Assembly: GCA_020854775.1 (NCBI GenBank)
Contig: JAHKLZ010000005.1
Location: 119,736-183,735 of the forward strand
Direction: 5' to 3'
DNA length: 64,000 bases
Origin: Candidatus Woesearchaeota archaeon
Lineage (GTDB): Archaea; Nanobdellota; Nanobdellia; Woesearchaeales; 21-14-0-10-32-9
How positions within the stretch are numbered: the stretch's first letter is position 1; every line of letters begins with the position of its first letter. A program made the position numbers and the translations under genes. The notes below the pieces were generated by a model. That model was not told where the DNA came from and did not search any database. It saw only the letters and a list, made by a program, of their open reading frames with translations. Shown one piece after another: positions 19,578-27,265 of this stretch.

Positions 19578-20873
19578 TTATAGGTCGTTCAGTGTTAGTA
19601 GTGCTACTGAGCTGTTTATTTTAGCTTTTGCTTCCATTCCTACTAAGAATTTTACGCTTGCTCTTTCTGAAGCTGATACTAAGTCTTTATCTATTGCTCC
19701 GTCAAATACTATTGCGTAGATTCCTGTTGCTAAGCTTTTTATGGTGCTTTGTAGTTCTGTTACTGGCACTTTTCCTAGTATGTTCAATTTATCATTCAGG
19801 ATGTAAGCCCCTCTTGTTCCTATCAAGTCTTCTAGCATTTCTGAGAATTTTTTAGATTCTGCAGGTGTTGGCTTTGATGGTTTTTGAACTTCTTGTGGTT
19901 TTTGGTAGCTCGGTTGTGGTCTTGTTTGTGTTGTTGGTTGTGATCTTCTATCTCTATTATCTCTTTGGTCTCTGTTGTTTAATATTTCTTTTTGTTGATA
20001 GCTCTTTTTTACACTTGCCACATCTGTATTGAATGCTCCTGAAGATATGTCTAGTCTTGCTTGTTCGGCAGTTATTCTAGATCTTAAGGCTTTGTGTATT
20101 TCTTTTTTTGCTAGTTCTTCCACTTCTTTTCCATCAGGTGCTCTGCAAACATAATCTAGTTCTGCAGAAGATAATAGTTCTTGTACTATTAGCATTCCAC
20201 CTCTATCTCCGTCTACGAATACAGTCATTGTTTTTTCTTTACTAAGATCAATTATTGTTTGTGGTACACTGGTTCCATTTAGTGCTATAGCGTTTTTGAA
20301 TCCGTGTTTTAGTAGTGTTAGAACGTCTGCTCTTCCTTCTACTAATATTACTTCGTCGCTTTCTGCTATTCCTGGTCCTGCTGATAGTTTTTCTCTTCCG
20401 AATTCCACTATTTCCATTACTCTAACGGATTGTGATACTTCTTCTGATAATTCTTGAGAGTCAGGCATGGAGTTGTACATTAAATCTCTTAGTAATTCTT
20501 TTGCTCTGTTTATTACTGCTTCTCTTTTGCTTATTCTTATATCTTCTATGTTGCTAACTTGTATTTTTGCGTTGCAAGGTCCTATTCTTTGTATTATTTC
20601 TACTGCTGCAGCCACTATGCTTGTTTCTGCTTTATCTAGACTACTTGGTATTACTATTTCTCCGTTTGTTTTTCCTGATTTTGTATCTACGTTTACTTCT
20701 ATTCTTCCTATTCTTCCTGATTTTTGTAGTTCTCTTAATTCTAGGTCCGCACCTAGTAATCCTTCTGTTTGTCCGAATATTGCTCCTATGACATCAGGTC
20801 TGTCTACCACGCCGTCTATGTTTATTTTTGCATGAATAATGTATTTTGCAGCAACTTGTGCTATTTTTGCCAT
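19578..20873 (-). CDS. dnaG: archaeal DnaG-type primase (Toprim domain)
   Basis: N-terminus MAKIAQVAAKYIIHAKINIDGVVDRPDVIGAIFGQTEGLLG is archaeal DnaG-like. Toprim segment ILVEGRADVLTLLKHGF...VFVDGDRGG. Confidence 0.9.
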   Translation of the reverse strand: MAKIAQVAAKYIIHAKINIDGVVDRPDVIGAIFGQTEGLLGADLELRELQKSGRIGRIEVNVDTKSGKTNGEIVIPSSLDKAETSIVAAAVEIIQRIGPCNAKIQVSNIEDIRISKREAVINRAKELLRDLMYNSMPDSQELSEEVSQSVRVMEIVEFGREKLSAGPGIAESDEVILVEGRADVLTLLKHGFKNAIALNGTSVPQTIIDLSKEKTMTVFVDGDRGGMLIVQELLSSAELDYVCRAPDGKEVEELAKKEIHKALRSRITAEQARLDISSGAFNTDVASVKKSYQQKEILNNRDQRDNRDRRSQPTTQTRPQPSYQKPQEVQKPSKPTPAESKKFSEMLEDLIGTRGAYILNDKLNILGKVPVTELQSTIKSLATGIYAIVFDGAIDKDLVSASERASVKFLVGMEAKAKINSSVALLTLNDL

Positions 20874-21093
20874 TTCTATTCCTCCTTGGTTTCTGTTTTT
20901 TCTTTTCTATGTTAGTCAATAAAAATTTTTTTAGAACAAGAATTAAATTGTTAAGTTCTTAAAAGTCTTTTTTTGTTTGGTCTGTTTTTACACAGGTCAA
21001 GGACTTTTAAGGCTTTTTTTCACCTCTAAAAACCTAAATTAATGATGTGATAATAAATGAATATCTTGTTCTTAATTATTTATGACTATTATG

Positions 21094-21204
21094 TAGCCCG
21101 AGACACTAACTCCCAAGCTCATTGCTCGGTCATTAACTTTCGTTAATGCCCTCTTTTGGAGGGTTTCGCCTTGTGCTCCATTGAGTACTCTCGTGTCGGG
21201 CTTA
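21094..21204 (+). ncRNA. GC-rich structured RNA candidate whose ends pair (GCCCGAGAC / GTGTCGGGC); possibly a divergent orphan 5S rRNA
   Basis: Local GC is well above flanking intergenic DNA. Terminal helix of ~10 bp encloses ~90 nt. Internal CTCATTGCTCGGTCATTAAC and GAGTACTCTCG loosely resemble the 5S loop C and loop E regions. Not part of the rRNA operon. Confidence 0.3.
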
Positions 21205-21321
21205 TGTAATGGAAGTTATTTGAATTATATAAATATTACCAATTGCGTTGTTTTTACGAATTTTGAGTAGTTATTCTTTTTTTTAGGTTTAATGTTGTGT
21301 TTTAATATTATTGTAAAGAAT

Positions 21322-21402
21322 GACTGGAGAAGGTTTTTTAAGAAAAGGGTTAAGTGTTCTTAAAAAGAGGGTGAGGTGTTTTAGTGTGTTTCTTCTCCAG
21401 TC
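21322..21402. repeat. perfect 11-bp inverted repeat (GACTGGAGAAG / CTTCTCCAGTC) with 59-nt spacer containing a second nested 7-bp inverted repeat (TTAAGAA / TTCTTAA)
   Basis: Read directly in the 20.9-21.9 kb non-coding region. Forms a long hairpin or cruciform-capable element. Confidence 0.5.
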
Positions 21403-21883
21403 TTTAGTGTTTTTCAACAAGCTCGAAAGCAATTGTTGTTTTCACTAAACAATAGTAATTCTTTGATATTTATAAAGTTTTCGTTACTGTTTAGTAAGAA
21501 TTATCTTATTTTTTAAATTTTAAATCTACAACTGTTAAAAAAAGATTAATAAAGCTTTTTTTTAATTTTTAAAGTCAAAAAAAACTTTAAATTGAAAATA
21601 ATTAAAAATAAATAAAACAATAAAATCAAATAACTTATTTAAAACTTTATTTAACTTAACAAATATCATTAATCTTTATTTTTTTAGTTAAAATAACGAC
21701 CAAAATAAGTTTGAACTTATTTAAACAGTTTTTGAAGATTTTATTAAAATAAAAAATTAGAAGAAAAATATATACTGAAATACATTATTGTATATTAAAA
21801 TAGTTTTTAGCAAAAAATTTATAAATAAATTGAATTATTCAAAAATTCCTTTTTTCAACCCCAAAAAAATAGGTGAGTAAGTT

Positions 21884-23398
21884 TTGATTTTAAATATACA
21901 ATCACAAGGTAAAGCTATAACTAACATTAAGATAAAAGATAGTGTTAAATCTAAGATTAAAGAAGAAAAAATTAAAGATTCAAACGAATCATTAAGAGAA
22001 AGAACTGATAGAACTCTTATTAATGCTAGAAAAGAAGGTGTTTATACAGCTACTAAGAATGGTTTGGTTGCTAATTATATCGCGCCTTTGGCAATTCATT
22101 TAGGTTTTAGTTCTTTCGTAATTATTCTTTTAACTGCTTTACCTCAATTAATAGGTGCTTTTTCTCAATTATTTGTTGAGCGTTTAGCTCACTTCTTTAA
22201 GAATAGACATAAACTAATGATTATATGTGGTTACTTTGAAGCTTATGTATGGATTTTAGTTACGTTGATTGCTGCTTTTTCTATTAATTATCCTTTTTTA
22301 TTAATCTTGTTAGTTGTGCTTGATGCTGTTTTTGTTAATATTCAAAACCCTATTTGGAACGCTATTCTAGGCGATGTTATTCCCAGCAATAGAATCGCTA
22401 CTTATTTCGGTAAACGAAACGTGTTTGTTGGTTTAGCAGGTTTGTTTAGTACAGTTCTTGCAGGTTTAGTTCTTAGTAAAATAGCTAGCATTAATGTCGC
22501 TCTTGGTTTTTCCATATTGTTTTTTCTTGGTTTTTTATCCGCTAGGCTAGCTGTTAATAGTCAGGAAAGAATTTTTGATCCTTCACCGAAGTCTATGTAT
22601 TCTAAAGATTATTCTTTTTATCAGTTTCTTAAAAACGTGAAGAAAAATAATTTTGGTAATTTCGCAACTTTTTTTTCTTTGTATAAATTAGCAGTGGCTG
22701 TTTCTACTCCTTTTTTTGCTATTTATATGCTTAGAGAATTGAATTTTTCTTATTTGATTTTCACAATAATTATTGGTGGTGCAGTTCTTAGTTCTATGAT
22801 TTCTAATAGATTTTGGACTAATTTTACTTTAAGTCAAGGTTCTAGAAAAGTTTTGTTTATTTCTTCTTTTATTATTCCCTTTATTCCTTTGTTTTGGTTA
22901 ATTAGTGTTGATTGGAAAGTTTTATTGTTAATAGAATTAGTTTCAGGAGTGGCTTGGGCTGGTTTTAATATCGCGTCTTCTACTTTTGTTTTTGAAGCAG
23001 TTAATCCTAAGCAAAAAATTAAGTTTCTCGCTTATAACAATGTTCTTGCAGGTATCGGCGCATTTATAGGAACTATGATTGGTATGTTTATTACTTTTTT
23101 TGATTTAAAGTTTCTTGGTTCTGTTTTTTTTATGATTTTTCTTGTTTCAAGTATTTTAAGATTATTAGTTGCTTTGTTTTTTGTTAACAAGATTCAAGAA
23201 GAAAAAGTTGTTTCTATTGGTTTAAAGGAACATTATAAAAGATTTATCACTATTAGACCTAAGGAAGGCGTCGTATTCGAAATTATTGGTGATGTTAATA
23301 AGAATATCGTTAAGAAAACTATTGTTAAGCCTGTTGTTAAAGAAAAAATAAAGAATGTTCCTGGTAAAGGTCCTTTTAAAATTAAGCCTAAATACTAA
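21884..23398 (+). CDS. major facilitator superfamily transporter (12 predicted TM helices) with a basic N-terminal extension
   Basis: Alternating hydrophobic helices throughout. Pattern ...GKRNVFVGLAGLFSTVLAG... is MFS-like. Start codon uncertain. Confidence 0.55.
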   Translation: MILNIQSQGKAITNIKIKDSVKSKIKEEKIKDSNESLRERTDRTLINARKEGVYTATKNGLVANYIAPLAIHLGFSSFVIILLTALPQLIGAFSQLFVERLAHFFKNRHKLMIICGYFEAYVWILVTLIAAFSINYPFLLILLVVLDAVFVNIQNPIWNAILGDVIPSNRIATYFGKRNVFVGLAGLFSTVLAGLVLSKIASINVALGFSILFFLGFLSARLAVNSQERIFDPSPKSMYSKDYSFYQFLKNVKKNNFGNFATFFSLYKLAVAVSTPFFAIYMLRELNFSYLIFTIIIGGAVLSSMISNRFWTNFTLSQGSRKVLFISSFIIPFIPLFWLISVDWKVLLLIELVSGVAWAGFNIASSTFVFEAVNPKQKIKFLAYNNVLAGIGAFIGTMIGMFITFFDLKFLGSVFFMIFLVSSILRLLVALFFVNKIQEEKVVSIGLKEHYKRFITIRPKEGVVFEIIGDVNKNIVKKTIVKPVVKEKIKNVPGKGPFKIKPKY

Positions 23399-23425
23399 AA
23401 AGATTTATATGTTTTTAATATTTCT

Positions 23426-24028
23426 TTGTTTTTTATGCGTTTACGTTTTAAGAAGAGTGAATTAGTTGATTTGATTAAAGCTTGGTTTGCTATTAGTTTG
23501 GCTTTTGGTATTTTGTCCACGAGTTTATTAAGGCCTTTAGGTTTATTTAATGGTTTTCTTGTTGCTTTTAGTATTTCTTTAGTCACAGCTGGTTTTGGTT
23601 TTGTAGTTCATGAACTTTCTCATAAATTTGTTGCGCAAAAATTTTATTGTTCTGCTGAATTTAAATCTAATGATTTAATGCTTGTTTTTGCTGTTCTTAT
23701 GAGTTTTGCCGGTTTTATTTTTGCTGCTCCTGGCGCAGTTATTATTAATGGTTCTGTTAATAAGAAGCAGAATGGTTTGATTTCTGTTAGCGGTCCTTTT
23801 TCTAATTTTGTTTTGGCTTTATTATTTTTGCCTGGTTTCTTTTTGTTTAGTGGTTTGTTAAGATTTTTTTTCTTTCAAGGATTTTTTATTAATTCTTGGC
23901 TTGGTTTATTTAATATGATTCCTTTCATTCCTTTTGATGGCGTGCACGTTTTTAAGTGGAATAAACTAGTTTATTTTTTATTAGCAGGTTTTCTTTTAGT
24001 TTTAGTTTTTGTTGGCTTTAGTTTATAA
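23426..24028 (+). CDS. site-2 protease family (M50) intramembrane zinc metalloprotease, short form
   Basis: HELSHKF (HExxH inside a TM helix) and NMIPFIPFDGVHVF (the downstream LDG-type motif) within a polytopic membrane protein. Confidence 0.65.
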   Translation: MFFMRLRFKKSELVDLIKAWFAISLAFGILSTSLLRPLGLFNGFLVAFSISLVTAGFGFVVHELSHKFVAQKFYCSAEFKSNDLMLVFAVLMSFAGFIFAAPGAVIINGSVNKKQNGLISVSGPFSNFVLALLFLPGFFLFSGLLRFFFFQGFFINSWLGLFNMIPFIPFDGVHVFKWNKLVYFLLAGFLLVLVFVGFSL

Positions 24029-24046
24029 AAAAAAGAGTTAAAAAAA

Positions 24047-24673
24047 TTATTTTATGAATTTGAGTTTTTGTTTTATTTCTTCAAATATTTGTTCTGGAGG
24101 TTTTTCTCCATTTATTTCTACGATGAATGTTTTTTGTTCTAGAACTGAAACTACAGGCTTAGTTTCTTTGTTGTATATTTCTAATCTTTTCTTTATTGCA
24201 TCTGGTTTATCATCGTCTCTTTTTATTATTTGTCCACCTTGTGATTCGCATTCTTCTTTGTCTTGGTCTGTTATTTGATCTTCGACATATATTTTATTAT
24301 TAGCTGTGCATATTAGTCTTTTTGATAACCTTTTAATTGATTCTTCTTCGCTTATATTTATTACTATTACTGCTTTTATTTCTGCGTGTTCTAATAAGAA
24401 TTTTGCTTGTTCTATGTTTCTTGGATATCCATCCAGTATTATGTTTTTGTTTTTATCTAGTACTTCTTTTATTATTTCGTTGTTTATTTGTAGAGGTATT
24501 AGTTTTCCTTGTTTCATGTATTCGTGTAGCATTTTTCCTTTTTCGGATCCTGATGCTACTTCTTTTCTTAGTAAGTCGCCGATTGATACGTGTTCTAGTC
24601 CATATTCTTTTGCTATTAGTTTTGCTTGTGTTCCTTTTCCTGAGCCTTGTGGCCCCATTATTATGTAAGTCAT
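24047..24673 (-). CDS. adk: adenylate kinase
   Basis: MTYIIMGPQGSGKGTQAKLIAKEYGLEHVSIGDLLR (P-loop), ILDGYPRN, and Cys-containing LID region. The ORF-track start at 24718 is an upstream extension. ATG at 24673 follows a GGGGG SD. Confidence 0.85.
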   Translation of the reverse strand: MTYIIMGPQGSGKGTQAKLIAKEYGLEHVSIGDLLRKEVASGSEKGKMLHEYMKQGKLIPLQINNEIIKEVLDKNKNIILDGYPRNIEQAKFLLEHAEIKAVIVINISEEESIKRLSKRLICTANNKIYVEDQITDQDKEECESQGGQIIKRDDDKPDAIKKRLEIYNKETKPVVSVLEQKTFIVEINGEKPPEQIFEEIKQKLKFIK

Positions 24674-25122
24674 CCGAAGTACCCCCTTTCTGGTTTTATT
24701 TCTGCGTTTTTCAACCATGATTCTTTTAGTGTTTTAACTACAGGAATTAATTCTTTTTTTATTGTTTGCCACTCCACGAATAAATTTTTTATTAATTGTG
24801 TTGCTTTTTCTTCTTCGTAATCTAAGTGAAGTTCTATGTTTGTTCTGTTTAAAAACATTAATTTATTGTATGTTTTATTTACTTCTATTCTTAGATTTTT
24901 ATCAACTATGTTTGATTCTTTTAATGTATAAAATCTCGAGTCTGGTTGAATTATGTCTTCTAACATATTTATATAGAAATCTATTGTATTACTCATTTTT
25001 TTTAGTATTTCTCTTATTATATCATCTTCTTTTGATATTGAATATATTTCAAAATCTTTATTTAGTTCTTCGTAGCTTGGTAAATCGTGTTTTTTTCTGA
25101 TTTCTTCGTATTGTTTTTTCAT
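24670..25122 (-). CDS. hypothetical protein (150 aa)
   Basis: ORF with minus-strand-type codon usage. 4-nt overlap with the adk start (operon-like). Confidence 0.45.
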   Translation of the reverse strand: MKKQYEEIRKKHDLPSYEELNKDFEIYSISKEDDIIREILKKMSNTIDFYINMLEDIIQPDSRFYTLKESNIVDKNLRIEVNKTYNKLMFLNRTNIELHLDYEEEKATQLIKNLFVEWQTIKKELIPVVKTLKESWLKNAEIKPERGYFG

Positions 25123-25174
25123 GTTTTATTCGAAAAAAGTTTTCATTTAATAATTTACTGTTTTATTATTCTTT

Positions 25175-25789
25175 ATGCTTTGTTTTATAAAGCAAATAAA
25201 AAAGTATATAAACTCTTTTTTGTTACTACTAATTATGAAAAACAAAAATAATTTTTTTTGGGGTATTTCATCATCTGTTTTCTTTGTTATAGGAACTATG
25301 TTGATGATGTTTTCGAATTTTTTAATATCAGGAGCTATTTTGCTCGTTATTGGCTTATTCACGGCTTTACGCGTTTTAAATAATAAGCGAAGATTTTATT
25401 TTGCTGATAATTTCTTGGTTATTTCTGTTCTTCTTGGATTGGTCATTCTTGTTTATATTTTTATGATTGATTATTCTAGTAATTTAGTCATAATTAGTTC
25501 TTCTTTTTATGCTTTAAATTTCCTTATTCAAATCAATAATGTTGAAAAGAAAAAAAGAGTTGTTAAGAAATTTAGTGATAACCAAAAGTTAGTTAGAGAA
25601 AAAATTTCTGAGTTGAAAAAAAGCGTGAAAGAGTTAAAAGATTATTTTTACACTGAATCCGGTAAATCTTTTCATTTAGGTGGTTGTATTGCTTTGTCTA
25701 GGACTAAGCAAGAAAATTTGAAGAAGAGCAATTCTCGACAAGATTTGATTAATAAAGGTTACAAGTCTTGTAAAGCTTGTAATTCTTAG
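25175..25789 (+). CDS. membrane protein (3-4 TM) with C-terminal cytoplasmic Cys-x-x-Cys-containing tail
   Basis: Hydrophobic N-terminal half. C-terminus ...FHLGGCIALSRTK...YKSCKACNS. Confidence 0.4.
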   Translation: MLCFIKQIKKYINSFLLLLIMKNKNNFFWGISSSVFFVIGTMLMMFSNFLISGAILLVIGLFTALRVLNNKRRFYFADNFLVISVLLGLVILVYIFMIDYSSNLVIISSSFYALNFLIQINNVEKKKRVVKKFSDNQKLVREKISELKKSVKELKDYFYTESGKSFHLGGCIALSRTKQENLKKSNSRQDLINKGYKSCKACNS

Positions 25790-26535
25790 AATTCTCTTAA
25801 GGATTTTTGATTTTTGTTATATTTTTCTAGTTTTTTTGGAGGGTTTATTTTTTTGAATTTGTATTTCCAACTTATTAGCATTTCTTCTGCGTTTTTTGCT
25901 ATGTCTGGCGCGGCGAGTATTCCTTTTATTTTATTTTTATTTATTCCTTTTAGTTCGCTCATTTTTTCAACGTATCTTCTTAGTTGTTCTACTGCTGATA
26001 GTCCCGCCGTGTATCTTTTGCATTCTATTATTACTAAGTTTCCTGCGCCGTCATGTCCAAAGACGTCTATAAATCCAAATTTGTTGTGTTCTTCTCTGCT
26101 TAAAGGAAGGAAGTCTTTACTTATTAGTTCAGGATTGTTTTTTATCATGTCAGACATATCTTTTTCGCTTCCTGCAAGAGTGATTTTTTGTCCATCTTCT
26201 AGTTTTTGTGCTTGAAATCCGTATATTTTTGTTATTGTTATTTGTAATTCGTCTTTGTATTTTTGGTTTTTTGATATTAAAATTAAGGAATGGTTAGTTT
26301 CTTGTATTTCTATTGATGATTCTGCTTTCATATAATTAACTGGTGCGCTTCCTTCTGGTTGATGAACTATTAGTGAGTTATCTGATTTTATTATTATTAA
26401 TCTATCTCCTTCTTCGAGTTCTGCTTCTGCTCTTCCTGAATATAGTATTCTGCATTTGCAAAAGAAAGATATTGTTTTATTAGAGTTTAAGCTTTCGTTG
26501 AATATTACTCTGAATTCTGATAAGTTCATAATCAT
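25786..26535 (-). CDS. nucS: endonuclease NucS/EndoMS (RecB-like nuclease, mismatch or branched-DNA specific)
   Basis: DVFGHDGAGNLVIIECKRYTAG is the D...E.K RecB-type catalytic motif as in NucS. N-terminal beta-barrel region ...LYSGRAEAELEEGDRLIIIK... About 250 aa, typical NucS size. Confidence 0.75.
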   Translation of the reverse strand: MIMNLSEFRVIFNESLNSNKTISFFCKCRILYSGRAEAELEEGDRLIIIKSDNSLIVHQPEGSAPVNYMKAESSIEIQETNHSLILISKNQKYKDELQITITKIYGFQAQKLEDGQKITLAGSEKDMSDMIKNNPELISKDFLPLSREEHNKFGFIDVFGHDGAGNLVIIECKRYTAGLSAVEQLRRYVEKMSELKGINKNKIKGILAAPDIAKNAEEMLISWKYKFKKINPPKKLEKYNKNQKSLREF

Positions 26536-26588
26536 TAGAATGTGTCTTTGTTTTTATTTTTTGCTAAAAAAAATAAAAAAATAAAAAA

Positions 26589-27131
26589 TTAATATAGTGT
26601 TCTTGTGTTTTTTCCATCACTTACTGTGTGAACAGGTGCGCTAGATATTATGTTTTGATTTATTAAGCTGTTAACATCTATTGGCGATTTTAGTACTAAT
26701 TTGTAGCTTCCGTTCATTTGCGTAATATCTAATCTTTCTTCTTCTAAGTAAACTTTTTTCTTTTCTGATTTTATTTTTGGATCTGTGTTAAAATTTGTTT
26801 CAATTTCAAAGAAGTCATCTATCGTTCCTGGTTCGTCTCTGTATATCAGTTTAGAGTGTTCTTTTATCAAATCGTTTACGTTTTTCTTTAAGAAATCTAT
26901 TCCTTTAGGTGTTAATTCCAATATTATAGGATATTCCCCTGTTGGCATTTCTTTTAGTAATTCTGTTGATGGACTTCTGCACATTGTTCTTAGAACGTCT
27001 CCTACGACGTAAGCGTTTAGTCCTGAAGGGTCTTCTCCAACCATTATTTTTTTTATTCCTTTTCCTTTTAGTCCTAGCACTCTGTATTTTTCTACTAGGT
27101 TTTCTCTGCAATTGCCGTATGTTATAACCAT
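26589..27131 (-). CDS. hypothetical protein (180 aa)
   Basis: Well-formed ORF with VVGDV motif. No confident family assignment. Confidence 0.45.
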   Translation of the reverse strand: MVITYGNCRENLVEKYRVLGLKGKGIKKIMVGEDPSGLNAYVVGDVLRTMCRSPSTELLKEMPTGEYPIILELTPKGIDFLKKNVNDLIKEHSKLIYRDEPGTIDDFFEIETNFNTDPKIKSEKKKVYLEEERLDITQMNGSYKLVLKSPIDVNSLINQNIISSAPVHTVSDGKNTRTLY

Positions 27132-27265
27132 TTTTTGTAACCACCTATTTTGTTTGTTTTTTTTAAAACTTTTTTTAAATTACACGTTAATAAAGTTTTT
27201 GATTCGTTGAGTCTAAGAATTATATAAATGTTTCTATTTGTAACTACTATTAAGTGAATTTATGA

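Noticed and set aside
20940-21060. AAGGACTTTTAAGGC and neighbouring sequence, considered as an RNase P RNA P4 strand or SRP RNA motif
   Set aside because: Only a short AAAGTCC-like match. No partner P4 strand, no GGAAAGTCCGG core and no SRP helix-8 GNAR/AGCAG motifs could be found by eye. Insufficient to call.
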